This document shows, one piece after another, positions 1-9,447 of a stretch of 64,000 bases of DNA. A program made the position numbers and the translations under genes. The stretch covers positions 96,001 to 160,000 of the forward strand of contig CALXXY010000002.1 of NCBI GenBank assembly GCA_944392815.1. The letters are read 5' to 3'. The stretch comes from an uncultured Alphaproteobacteria bacterium (lineage in GTDB: Bacteria > Pseudomonadota > Alphaproteobacteria > Rs-D84). Each line of letters begins with the position of its first letter. Position 1 is the stretch's first letter. Under the pieces are notes generated by a model, which did no database searches, was not told where the DNA came from, and was given only the letters and a program-made list of their open reading frames with translations.

Positions 1-1339
1 ATTCTTTTTCCGCGCTTAATGAAAATCCAGCCGCAGCCGCATGGCCGCCACCCTCGGATATAATTCCGGCGGCCAATGCGTCATGTATAATTTTTCCCAA
101 ATCGACACCCTGAATGGAACGACCCGAACCGTTAATCATGCCATCGGCACGCGTCGCCACACATGACGGCAAATTATATTTATCCTTTAACCGGCCGGCA
201 ATAATTCCCATAACGCCACCATGCCAGTTATCGCCACACACGAACAAACTGCAATGCCCAGCCGCACAGCAACGTTCAGCCATATCACCCGCCGACAACA
301 TAATGGCATTTTGAATATCTATGCGTTCCTGATTCATCTGGTGCAATTTTTGCGCCAAATCATTTGCAATTAATGGATTATCTGTCAACAGCAATTCCAA
401 CGCAGGCGCCGCCGAATCCAACCGCCCCGCCGCATTCAACCGTGGTCCAATTGCAAACCCCGCGGCGTATACAGACGGCTTTTTAATCCCGGCCACGTCC
501 ATCAATGTCCGCAACCCCAGATTTTTACGCATACCCAACACGCGCAGTCCCGTTGCAACAAACGCGCGATTTAATCCCACCAGCGGCATAGTGTCGCATA
601 TGGTGCCCAACGCAACAAAATCCAAATAATCCATCAAATCAGTATCTGCAACGCGTTTGGCCATATCAGGCGACAAATCGCGTCCCCGCAATTCACGCCG
701 CACCGCAACCAGCGTTAAAAACGCCACCCCAACCCCGGCCAAATACGACAACCCCGACGTATCATCAACACGCTTTGGATTTACAACCGCGTCCGCCGCC
801 GGCAACACAGCGTCCGGTGAATGATGGTCCGTCACAACAATCCGCAACCCACGTGCGGTGGCGTGCGCAACCTCGGCCACGCCGCTGATACCACAATCAA
901 CTGTTATGATTAATTTTGCACCACTGTCTGCAATTTCATCAACAGCCCCGATGTTTAATCCGTACCCTTCGCCTTCACGCGTAGGCAGGTGCCAAATAAC
1001 GTCCACCCCCAGCGCACGCAAATATTTCACAAAAATCGCGGTTGATGTAATTCCATCAACGTCATAGTCACCATAAATCGCAATTTTTTCATGCGCCAAA
1101 ATACTGTCTGTAATTATTTTTGCGGCCACGTCCATATCACGCAACACAGACGGATTAGGCATATATTCACGAATACTGGGGTTCAAAAACTTTTCCATCG
1201 CGGCCATATCAGTAATCCCGCGACTGATTAAAATTTTCTGTAATAAATTATCTGCCTGACTGGGGCCTTCTTCTTCACCTGGATACGTCGTCACCGTCCA
1301 TACTTGCCCCAGTATGGACTTGTCTACTACTTTTCTCAC
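1..1339 (-). CDS. recJ: Single-stranded-DNA exonuclease RecJ (3' end runs off the window)
   Basis: Manual minus-strand translation from GTG at 1339 (MRKVVDKSILGQVW...). Contains GDYDVDG, TVDCG, VVTDHH, AGVGVAF, LGTICD, GPRLNAAGRL, WHGGVMGIIAGR and GGHAAAAG motifs of DHH/RecJ. Absent from the ORF track because it has no stop in the window. Confidence 0.93.
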   Translation of the reverse strand, partial: MRKVVDKSILGQVWTVTTYPGEEEGPSQADNLLQKILISRGITDMAAMEKFLNPSIREYMPNPSVLRDMDVAAKIITDSILAHEKIAIYGDYDVDGITSTAIFVKYLRALGVDVIWHLPTREGEGYGLNIGAVDEIADSGAKLIITVDCGISGVAEVAHATARGLRIVVTDHHSPDAVLPAADAVVNPKRVDDTSGLSYLAGVGVAFLTLVAVRRELRGRDLSPDMAKRVADTDLMDYLDFVALGTICDTMPLVGLNRAFVATGLRVLGMRKNLGLRTLMDVAGIKKPSVYAAGFAIGPRLNAAGRLDSAAPALELLLTDNPLIANDLAQKLHQMNQERIDIQNAIMLSAGDMAERCCAAGHCSLFVCGDNWHGGVMGIIAGRLKDKYNLPSCVATRADGMINGSGRSIQGVDLGKIIHDALAAGIISEGGGHAAAAGFSLSAEKE

Positions 1340-1381
1340 ACTATACTCTTTTTTTATTATCAGAATGATTATAATCGAAAA

Positions 1382-2995
1382 TTATTCAAATAGCAACGGC
1401 AGTATCCCATCAAGAATTTTTCCCGTTGTCGGCACAGCATTCCATGCCGCCGTACGCAGCCCGAATGATTCAGGCGTCCCATTCGGCTCGTCCAAAACAA
1501 CCAAAATTGTATATTGTGGCGCAGACACAGGAAAAATTCCTGCGAACGCAGTTAAATTCTTTTTTCTGTTTCCATATTTTTCAGCGGTTGCAGTTTTTCC
1601 ACCAATTTGAATACCCGCCACACGCGCCTGTTTACCGCTGGTTTCCTCGGCAATATGGAACATAATATTACGCAGACGCGCGGAAATTTCATCTGACAAT
1701 ACGCGTTGCCCCTGCACAGGCCCCACCCCACGTTTTAATATTGTCGGATAAATATAAATTCCACCATTTGTCATCGCATTCACGGCCAACAGCAAATGCA
1801 TTGGCGTCACAGAAATACCATGCCCAAACGATACCGTCGCCCGTTCCACAGGCCCCCATTTTGCCGGCAACAGCGGACGTTCTGTGGAACCAAAATCCAA
1901 ATCCAATGGTTCATCAAAATGCAACCGTTCAAAAAATTCCTGTTGCGTACCATCTGGTAAATCCAACGCGATTTGCGCACTGCCCGCATTGCACGAATGC
2001 AACATAATTTCTTCTATGGTTAAATTCGGACGTGGCGGTTTAAAACTGCGCACATCACTGATTCGTTTAACCACGCGCCCAAATTTATCAGTAATCGGGA
2101 ATGGTTCGGCCACATAGTATTCTTTGTCTATGCCGTTTTCCATGGCCATGGCCGTATTAAATATTTTAAATATCGACCCCATTTCAAACACCCCGCGCAT
2201 AGGCATAAACATGCGATTGGACGCCGGATCCAAATTAATATTTTCCGGATCGAAATCGGGCAAAGACACCATTGCAATAATTTCACCGGTACGCGAATTC
2301 ATCAACATACCCATGGCGGCGCGCGCCTGATATTTCTGCATAGCGATACTTAATTGATCATAAAACACGGCCTGGATACGCGCGTCCAGTGACAATTGCA
2401 ACGGGTCAGTATTTTCACGCAAATAATCGTCATAAATACGTTCGACACCCTCCAGTCCATAACCGTCGCGCCCAACAAATCCAACAATGTGCGAAAACAG
2501 CCGGCGTTTCGGATATCTGCGTTTTTGTTCTGCCTCGATTTCCAGCCCAACCAAATCCGCGTCTTCGACAATGGCACGCTGCGCGTCCGACGCATATTTT
2601 TTTACATATATAAATTTACGTGATGAATTCACCAAATCCAACGCCTGGGCCAAAGTATATTCATACGGCAAAATCTGGTGTATAACCTGGGCCACAGCAT
2701 CGCGATTTTTCACATATGGTGGGCGCAAAATAATATGCCCAGACATAATATTTTTCGCCAATATATCGCCATTTCTGTCGACTATATCGGCACGTTGCAC
2801 AACCCACGCCCCGTCAGCCCCGGCACGGCGCGCCCTGTCGGTGCCCTCTATGCCCAACGCCAAAGTGCGCAATATAAACACAACAAACGCAGCAACGAAA
2901 ACATAATAAACCCAGCGCATACGTCTGTGGCCTTCGCGGTCATTGGACGCGCTGTAAAAACCGTGTTTAAAAATATCCCGACCTATTTCGAACAT
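1382..2995 (-). CDS. ftsI: Class B penicillin-binding protein (FtsI/PBP3-like)
   Basis: N-terminal TM, RADIVDRNG, RRYP, GLEGVE, SxxK (GSIFK), SxN (SCN), KTA in place of KTG. Directly downstream of an ftsL-like gene. Confidence 0.9.
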   Translation of the reverse strand: MFEIGRDIFKHGFYSASNDREGHRRMRWVYYVFVAAFVVFILRTLALGIEGTDRARRAGADGAWVVQRADIVDRNGDILAKNIMSGHIILRPPYVKNRDAVAQVIHQILPYEYTLAQALDLVNSSRKFIYVKKYASDAQRAIVEDADLVGLEIEAEQKRRYPKRRLFSHIVGFVGRDGYGLEGVERIYDDYLRENTDPLQLSLDARIQAVFYDQLSIAMQKYQARAAMGMLMNSRTGEIIAMVSLPDFDPENINLDPASNRMFMPMRGVFEMGSIFKIFNTAMAMENGIDKEYYVAEPFPITDKFGRVVKRISDVRSFKPPRPNLTIEEIMLHSCNAGSAQIALDLPDGTQQEFFERLHFDEPLDLDFGSTERPLLPAKWGPVERATVSFGHGISVTPMHLLLAVNAMTNGGIYIYPTILKRGVGPVQGQRVLSDEISARLRNIMFHIAEETSGKQARVAGIQIGGKTATAEKYGNRKKNLTAFAGIFPVSAPQYTILVVLDEPNGTPESFGLRTAAWNAVPTTGKILDGILPLLFE

Positions 2996-3298
2996 TTATT
3001 TTTGTAGTTGTTCCCCGCGCAGCGGCAAATCTGACACAGACACATTTTTATGAAAACCAATAACCTCGGACTCAGGATACACACTGGTGACCATATTGCG
3101 CAAAATTTCAGGCCGCACATACGACGCAAAATCCGCCTGGGCCACGGCAATATCCTGTTGCGTTTGCACAATTTCACTGCGCACACGATTGCGCAATTTG
3201 CTTTGCGTGCGATAACACACCTGCAACACAGCCGACAACATCAGCATCAGGCAAATCGCCCACAACCCGATATACCACATTTTTTTTGATTCGCCCAT
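2996..3298 (-). CDS. FtsL-like cell division protein
   Basis: 100 aa with one TM followed by a coiled coil ending 'FASYVRPEILR'. Abuts ftsI. Confidence 0.65.
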   Translation of the reverse strand: MGESKKMWYIGLWAICLMLMLSAVLQVCYRTQSKLRNRVRSEIVQTQQDIAVAQADFASYVRPEILRNMVTSVYPESEVIGFHKNVSVSDLPLRGEQLQK

Positions 3299-3332
3299 TT
3301 TCCCACGCCCTGTTATTCAAATATTAATATTA

Positions 3333-3695
3333 TCATAAATTCTGTAAAAAACTAATCATAGAATTCACACCACCCAAACGCCCGGTCCCCAGATTTAAAT
3401 CCAGCGACGCAAATTCACTGTGTAAATCCATTTCACGAATCTGTTGCGGGGATTTTCCATCAACCATTGCGACCATAATCGCCACTATGCCACGCACCAA
3501 CGCCGAATCGGCCCGTCCATAAAAACGATTACCATCGCGGCAAATTTCCGCGCGTGACGCACAGCCCACAATTTCGCTGCATACAGCGCTGTCCGGCACA
3601 GACGGCATTTGCGCCCCAAAATCCATAACCATTTCCAGTTTCTGCACAGGGTCGTCCACCATCATCAACATATTTTTCATATCAGTATATGTCAT
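3333..3695 (-). CDS. sufE: SufE-family sulfur acceptor
   Basis: IVGCAS, ADSALVRGIV and RLGG motifs. Next to a cysteine desulfurase. Confidence 0.88.
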   Translation of the reverse strand: MTYTDMKNMLMMVDDPVQKLEMVMDFGAQMPSVPDSAVCSEIVGCASRAEICRDGNRFYGRADSALVRGIVAIMVAMVDGKSPQQIREMDLHSEFASLDLNLGTGRLGGVNSMISFLQNL

Positions 3696-3698
3696 ACG

Positions 3699-4016
3699 TC
3701 ACCACCCCTGTTCAGTCAAATCCAATTCCAACCGCGCCGCGTCCGACATACGCGACAAATCCCATGGCGGATCCCACACCAATTCAATATGAACATCGCG
3801 CCCACCCGACACCGCCGCCACAGAATCATGTACCTGTTGCAATAAATCTTCCATCATGGGGCACGTCGGACTGGTAAAAGTCATTTTAATATCCACAGAT
3901 TTTTCACCAATGCCAATATCATAAATCAAACCCAAATCCCAAATATTTACTGGGATTTCAGGGTCATATACGGAACGCAAAACCTCGATAATATTTTCTT
4001 TTGTTAATGCCATCAT
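3699..4016 (-). CDS. DUF59/SufT-like Fe-S assembly protein
   Basis: VYDPEIPVNIWDLGLIY, TSPTCP and VWDPPW...MSDAAR motifs. Confidence 0.9.
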   Translation of the reverse strand: MMALTKENIIEVLRSVYDPEIPVNIWDLGLIYDIGIGEKSVDIKMTFTSPTCPMMEDLLQQVHDSVAAVSGGRDVHIELVWDPPWDLSRMSDAARLELDLTEQGW

Positions 4017-4018
4017 TT

Positions 4019-5158
4019 TTATTTTACCACACTTTCTATTATATCAGCGGCGCGCATTACGTCATTCATTGTGTTCATTGACCCCACAGAAATACGTGCA
4101 GTCCCCGCCACCCCCAACGCCCTGTGAATCCAACTGGCACACATATTACCGACACGCAAACACAACCCACGCGCACCAACCAACGCCCCAAAATCCAGTA
4201 TATGCATGCCATCAACATAAAATGTCAACAACGTCGCGTCCCGTGGTGTAATAATCTTTATCCGCGGATTTTTGGATAATCTGTCATATAAATATTTTAT
4301 CAAATCCAAATTTGGCCGATTCGCAGACAAATAATCAATCGCCGCCGGCAAACCAATAATTTGAGTTAACGGTAATGTTCCCGCCTCGAACTTGGCCGGC
4401 GCGCTTTCCCATTGGAACATAACATTATGTTCAACCGCACTGCCCGTTATTTTTGAAATCATTCCACCACCAAACTTGTCTGGCGACACCCATCGTTCAG
4501 GATTTTTCATATACATAATTCCCAAACCAGTATCAGCCCCAATTTTATGTGCAGAAAAACACATAAAATCACAATCCCATTTTTGAACATCAATTTCGTT
4601 ATGCACAACATATTGCGCGGCATCAACCACAGTTATAACATCTGGATTTTTTTTACGCGCCGCGGCAATCAATCCCGCAACATCTTGGGCCATGCCCATA
4701 ACATTTGACATAGCGGTAATAACAAACACATCTGCGCATGGCAAATCAGAACACATTAAATTGTATTTGTCGTCCATTGGACATAAAACAATCTTGCACA
4801 AATCAGAATCATATAACAATTCGAACGGCAAACGCGCACTGTGATGATCCAAATCGGACACCATCACAGTTTTATTTTTTATCCCCGTCCCACACACACA
4901 ATCATTTATTATATGCACAATTCTGTTCATACCATCAGTTGTCCCAGACGTAAACACAATCTGATCCGGCCGTGCATTTATAAACCGGGCAACGCGTTCG
5001 CGCGCATTTGCGACCATATCATCTACATTACTGGCGCGCGCACAAATGCCCCGCCCTGCATTCGCATAATTGTGGCGCAAAAAATCGCATTCAGCCGCAA
5101 TCACAGATTCGGATTTCAACGCACTGGCCGCACTGTCTAAGTATATGATATTATTCAT
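4019..5158 (-). CDS. Cysteine desulfurase (SufS-like, class V aminotransferase)
   Basis: YLDSAA, DHHS, VDAAQ, SAHK (PLP Lys), FEAGT and RVGNMCA motifs. Start moved to ATG 5158 (MNNIIYLD), because the longer ORF overlaps trxA. Confidence 0.88.
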   Translation of the reverse strand: MNNIIYLDSAASALKSESVIAAECDFLRHNYANAGRGICARASNVDDMVANARERVARFINARPDQIVFTSGTTDGMNRIVHIINDCVCGTGIKNKTVMVSDLDHHSARLPFELLYDSDLCKIVLCPMDDKYNLMCSDLPCADVFVITAMSNVMGMAQDVAGLIAAARKKNPDVITVVDAAQYVVHNEIDVQKWDCDFMCFSAHKIGADTGLGIMYMKNPERWVSPDKFGGGMISKITGSAVEHNVMFQWESAPAKFEAGTLPLTQIIGLPAAIDYLSANRPNLDLIKYLYDRLSKNPRIKIITPRDATLLTFYVDGMHILDFGALVGARGLCLRVGNMCASWIHRALGVAGTARISVGSMNTMNDVMRAADIIESVVK

Positions 5159-5231
5159 TTTATGATTTCCCTTGCATTTTGTGGGGATTATAATACACTC
5201 CTGTGAAATATCAACAAGGAAGGAGTAAAAG

Positions 5232-5552
5232 ATGGCTTTGGAACACGCAAATGACGCAACATTTGAATCCATGACCGGGTCTGGTATTGCGCTGGTTGAT
5301 TTCTGGGCACCTTGGTGCGGTCCGTGCCGTATGTTTGGGCCTATCTTTGAATCAGTGTCTGAAAAATTTCCAGATGTAAAATTCATAAAATTCGAAATTG
5401 ACGAATCAAATCGACGTACACCGGCAAAATTCGGAATCCGTGGCATTCCCAGCGTACTGGCATTTCGCAACGGCGAATTAATCGAGGCCCGTTCCGGCCT
5501 TATGGACGAAGAAACACTTTCGGATTGGATACGTGAACTAAAAGGATCCTGA
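5232..5552 (+). CDS. trxA: Thioredoxin
   Basis: DFWAPWCGPC and IRGIP motifs. AGGAG RBS upstream. Confidence 0.95.
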   Translation: MALEHANDATFESMTGSGIALVDFWAPWCGPCRMFGPIFESVSEKFPDVKFIKFEIDESNRRTPAKFGIRGIPSVLAFRNGELIEARSGLMDEETLSDWIRELKGS

Positions 5553-5554
5553 AA

Positions 5555-5980
5555 ATGGCAGAAAATTACAAGAATATTGAATTACCACCAAAATACACAC
5601 CGAAAAAATCGGAACCATATATGTGCCCACAACAATTGGCATATTTCTATCAATTGCTGTCCGCACAAAAAGAAGAATTACTGCACGATTCCGCCGCGAC
5701 ATTGAATGCCGTTCGCATGGCGGATCAAACGGACGCAGGCGGCGTTGGTGACGAATCGGATAATGCCGCATTTGAACAGGAAATCACCATGAACCTGCGC
5801 ATGTCCGAACGTGATAATAACTTGCTGAAAAAAATCAACGCAGCATTGGAACGCATTGAAAACGGCACATATGGATACAGCGTCGTATCTGGCGAAGAAA
5901 TTGGCCTGAATCGTATGTTGGCACGCCCATTGGCCACAATGACGGTTGACGAACAGGAAGAATACGAAAAACGTAAATAA
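5555..5980 (+). CDS. dksA: DksA/TraR-family RNA polymerase-binding factor
   Basis: EPYM..QL.YF N-terminus, DxxDxA tip (DESDNA) and ALERIENGTYG...GEEIG..R..ARP. Confidence 0.88.
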   Translation: MAENYKNIELPPKYTPKKSEPYMCPQQLAYFYQLLSAQKEELLHDSAATLNAVRMADQTDAGGVGDESDNAAFEQEITMNLRMSERDNNLLKKINAALERIENGTYGYSVVSGEEIGLNRMLARPLATMTVDEQEEYEKRK

Positions 5981-6011
5981 AACGCGCGCCATTTCGGCGC
6001 GCCGTTTTTAT
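5980..6011. terminator. Bidirectional intrinsic terminator
   Basis: AAAAC-GCGCGCC-ATTTC-GGCGCGC-CGTTTTT hairpin between convergent genes. Confidence 0.7.
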
Positions 6012-6013
6012 TA

Positions 6014-7945
6014 TTATTTCTGGGATTCGTTTTTATTTGACTGTGCGTTATGCACAACGTTTTCTACTATATTGCCAACCAATCCAACCCCCAACCCGGC
6101 ACCGGCAACTGTACCACCTGTTTTTACCTGTTGCGCGGTCTGTTCTGTCTGGGCCGCCCATTCGACGGCATCCGCCCCGTTTGGATTCATCAGCGCACGC
6201 GATATCGACGTATATGTACCCTCGGTAATGCCGGTGGCCGCGTTGTCATATAACCCGGACGTCGCGGCGTCCAGGATAACCTCGGATTCTATACCGGGCG
6301 CCATGCCCAGGGCTTCTTTACGGATCTTTAAATCCGCCGCCAATGTTGTGTATTCGTTATACAGTGGCAACAACACATTTGCACCGGGCAATTGCACGTT
6401 AACCTCGCCCCCGGAAATATTGCGCCCCGCCCCATAATCACAACGGAACGTGGCCAGATATGCCGCCATGTCACGTTCAGCGTCTGCGTCAGCGCGCTGT
6501 TCGGCCAGGGCGGACGCCAATTGCATACCGCCAATACCGCCAGCACCAATTGCAACGCTGCTTATTAACCGGTTCGCCAACGATTGTTCACGCGCTTTTG
6601 CCTCATCATACGCTTTCTTAGCTTGTCGCCAATTTTCTAATTGTGTATCGTACTGAACTAAGTTATCCAAAATATCAAATATTTCTGCGTCAGTTGTATT
6701 TGCCGTAACAGTGCCGATTACATCTATTACTTGATTACCCAAATTATCAATTTGCTGTTTCTCTTTTTCCAGCAGTTCCCCCGTATCGTCTGCGACAGCA
6801 ACATCTGGCGCACCAGACGCATCAACAAAACTTGCAACTGGCAATAAATTTTCCCGCGAACCATCGGCGTCAATTACACCCGTTGGATTCACAGATTGTA
6901 CACGATTATCTGGCATAGATGCCGGCACATCAATTTTATCTATTTTCGCAGCATCAGATACAGAACCGTTGTTCCAAACTTTTCGACCACTTATAATATC
7001 CCCCAAAACATCCTGTGCCGGTGATGTTTTTTGCATTTCTTTCAATGCGGCCATCCAATTTGATGATGCAGAATACCAAGTTTCATTTTCACCAAATTCG
7101 TTCGCATCAAAAGAAGTCCTTGACCTTGACACAACCCCATATACCTGATTGTCATTTGTCCACGCGGCACCACCAGAATTTCCCTGTGACAGTTGACAAT
7201 TTCCGTTATAAGACACAGCAAGTGTTTGTTTTGTCCTGTCCACAACCCTAATGTTACCAACCCCTGTCAGTTCACAAGCTGCGTCCGCCTTTAACCTAAA
7301 TCTTTTTTTCCCGGACGAAACATCCCAATCTCTTAATTCTTTACCATCCAACAATGTTGTAAATTCATCATAGAGTTGTTCTAAATAAGTTTCTGCGCTT
7401 TCATAAGACGCCACATTGTGTTCTGACAATTTTTTATGTATTTTTTGTATTTCATCTGGCGTCAATATCCTAAGCCAACCAAATCCAGCGATACTAACAG
7501 GTACAGGAAACCTTGCATCATTTTTTTTCAAAGAATCTGGAAAAGAATCAAAATAGTCCCGGCTAAAAAATTTAACATCTTGTACCCGCAACAATGCCCA
7601 GTCATCAGATAAAGAGGTTCCATATTTTTCTAAAACGACCCAAGTTTCTCTGCCATCATATGTCTCTATTGGTATTTTTTCACCAACCATTTGATTGCCG
7701 TCATATCCTGTACTATAAATCAAACAATGGCGTGCCGTTAAAATTATATCTGGCGCGACATATTGCCCAGCACAAGTCACAGAAACCCAATCAGCCGAAA
7801 AAGTATTTCCCTTTATCAATACAATTTTGTTATACGGCGCCGCAGACCAATCAACATATTCACGTTCGTCGTATGAACCAATATATGCACGTGCAACACA
7901 CGGCACGAACAACAGCGCGATAAAAATTAATTTACGCAAAAACAA
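6014..7945 (-). CDS. Secreted protein with a trypsin-like serine protease domain and a C-terminal coiled-coil/glycine-rich hydrophobic domain
   Basis: Signal peptide (…VARA) and His-Asp-Ser triad motifs LTARHC, DWALL and GNSGG. C-terminal AIGAGGIGG and GTVAGAGLGVGLVG helices. Confidence 0.75.
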   Translation of the reverse strand: MFLRKLIFIALLFVPCVARAYIGSYDEREYVDWSAAPYNKIVLIKGNTFSADWVSVTCAGQYVAPDIILTARHCLIYSTGYDGNQMVGEKIPIETYDGRETWVVLEKYGTSLSDDWALLRVQDVKFFSRDYFDSFPDSLKKNDARFPVPVSIAGFGWLRILTPDEIQKIHKKLSEHNVASYESAETYLEQLYDEFTTLLDGKELRDWDVSSGKKRFRLKADAACELTGVGNIRVVDRTKQTLAVSYNGNCQLSQGNSGGAAWTNDNQVYGVVSRSRTSFDANEFGENETWYSASSNWMAALKEMQKTSPAQDVLGDIISGRKVWNNGSVSDAAKIDKIDVPASMPDNRVQSVNPTGVIDADGSRENLLPVASFVDASGAPDVAVADDTGELLEKEKQQIDNLGNQVIDVIGTVTANTTDAEIFDILDNLVQYDTQLENWRQAKKAYDEAKAREQSLANRLISSVAIGAGGIGGMQLASALAEQRADADAERDMAAYLATFRCDYGAGRNISGGEVNVQLPGANVLLPLYNEYTTLAADLKIRKEALGMAPGIESEVILDAATSGLYDNAATGITEGTYTSISRALMNPNGADAVEWAAQTEQTAQQVKTGGTVAGAGLGVGLVGNIVENVVHNAQSNKNESQK

Positions 7946-8046
7946 TTTTTACATTCCAATCTGAACGTAAAAATTATATCACAAAACGCGACCAAAATAA
8001 AATAAAAAGACCGGCTTTTGCCGGCCTATGCATAAATTCATACGAA

Positions 8047-8352
8047 CTATTTTTTTGCCCCACGTGCGACATTTTTTTTGCCACCCGCACCACGTCCAGA
8101 CGCCCCGGCCTTTGCCGGCTTTTTTGCCGCTTTTTTGGTGGATTTTGGCGTGGGTTCAGATTTTTCCGCCACCCCGGCATTTACCGGTGTTTTTTCACCC
8201 TTTTTGGATTTGGCGGTCAATTCACGTTTAAACGTATTAATCCCATCGGCCAGGTTTTTCATCATACCCGGAATTTTATTGTGGCCAAACAACACCACCA
8301 CCAATAAAACGATTATCAGTATTTCCCAACCGCCCAAACGTCCAAACATCAT
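8047..8352 (-). CDS. tatA: Twin-arginine translocase TatA with a basic Lys/Ala tail
   Basis: GGWEILIIVLLVVVLFG..KIP.....LADGINTFKR. Confidence 0.88.
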   Translation of the reverse strand: MMFGRLGGWEILIIVLLVVVLFGHNKIPGMMKNLADGINTFKRELTAKSKKGEKTPVNAGVAEKSEPTPKSTKKAAKKPAKAGASGRGAGGKKNVARGAKK

Positions 8353-8365
8353 TTGCCCCCATTAA

Positions 8366-9157
8366 TTATTTAGTCACATAACATTCCAATCCGTCGGCCT
8401 TGGCATTGCGACAGAAATTATTCGCATCGGCCGGCGCATTAAATCCAACCCGCAATCTGTATGTAGTATTTCCATTTGGCAACTGTGCCGCCAAAATCAC
8501 GAATTGATGACCATTAAACAAATTCGCATGCGATGCCCGCAATTGACGCTGGCCAGATTCAGCCAATGCGCGCGTGCTGTATGAACCAATCTGGGCATAC
8601 CAAGCATACGTGCGTGTGGTATTTTGTGCACGTGCCGGTGCAGCGCTTGCGCGGCGCGCTGGCTTCGCGGCGGGTTTTGCCGCCGGCTTGGCTGCGGGCT
8701 TGGCCGCTGGTTTGTCCGGATTAAATGTCACATCTTTGCGATCGTCAATAACACGCACAGGCACCCCAGGCGTTGCATTCTGTGCCACGGGCGCAGGTTT
8801 TGGTGCGGGTGCCGCTTGTGGCGCGGGCACGGGCTCTACTTTGGCGGGCTGCACCGCAGCATTCGCCACTGGGGCCGGTTGCGGTGCCGGAACAACCAAC
8901 GGCGCATTCGGATCGCCACCATCAACAATTACTGCTGGCGCGTCCAGGTCAACCTCCATCGTAGAAGCGGAATCCCCGCCAACGATACGAATAATAACGT
9001 ACGTCGCCAATATAATGACCAACACACCAACCGCCATCAACAACCATGGCCGTTTGGGACGTGGCGCAGTAAACGGTGCCGCATCTGGCAAAGCGTCCGT
9101 CGTATCGGCGTCATCATCATTTAAATCCAATAAATCCAAATTGTCTTCGTCATTCAT
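8366..9157 (-). CDS. SPOR-domain membrane protein (FtsN/DedD-like architecture)
   Basis: Acidic N-terminus, one TM, Pro/Ala linker with repeated AAKP, then C-terminal WYAQIGSYS...YRLRVG...FC......C SPOR domain. Confidence 0.82.
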   Translation of the reverse strand: MNDEDNLDLLDLNDDDADTTDALPDAAPFTAPRPKRPWLLMAVGVLVIILATYVIIRIVGGDSASTMEVDLDAPAVIVDGGDPNAPLVVPAPQPAPVANAAVQPAKVEPVPAPQAAPAPKPAPVAQNATPGVPVRVIDDRKDVTFNPDKPAAKPAAKPAAKPAAKPARRASAAPARAQNTTRTYAWYAQIGSYSTRALAESGQRQLRASHANLFNGHQFVILAAQLPNGNTTYRLRVGFNAPADANNFCRNAKADGLECYVTK

Positions 9158-9235
9158 CAGGATTCCCCCATAGTTTCTTTGGAACACATTATATCATAAA
9201 AAACAGCATTTTCCAAAGATTATATGCGCGTTCCC

Positions 9236-9379
9236 CTATTCCGGCATTTGCCCAAAATTCGGTGGAACGATTAATTTATGATTTTCTTCGACGATGGGTT
9301 CAACCTCGCACCCACCGGCGCACGCCGCCAACACCATTGGCGCCGCGATAATTGCCAATAATAAAATCGCTTTTTTCAT
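9236..9379 (-). CDS. Small lipoprotein (47 aa)
   Basis: Manual translation MKKAILLLAIIAAPMVLAACAGGCEVEPIVEENHKLIVPPNFGQMPE*. Lipobox LAAC and a GGAAGG RBS. Confidence 0.75.
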   Translation of the reverse strand: MKKAILLLAIIAAPMVLAACAGGCEVEPIVEENHKLIVPPNFGQMPE

Positions 9380-9447
9380 GTTCTACCTTCCTTTATCTGT
9401 ATAAATATTATAATGGCGCGACAACGCCGCGCCATATTTTTTTGCGT

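Noticed and set aside
5159-5470. N-terminal extension of the desulfurase ORF, and similar extensions at 15574-15717 and 59342-59425
   Set aside because: These extensions overlap divergent genes or promoters. Family homology begins at the downstream ATG.
8655-8715. 12-bp repeats encoding AAKP
   Set aside because: This is an ordinary low-complexity linker of a SPOR protein, with synonymous variation between units.
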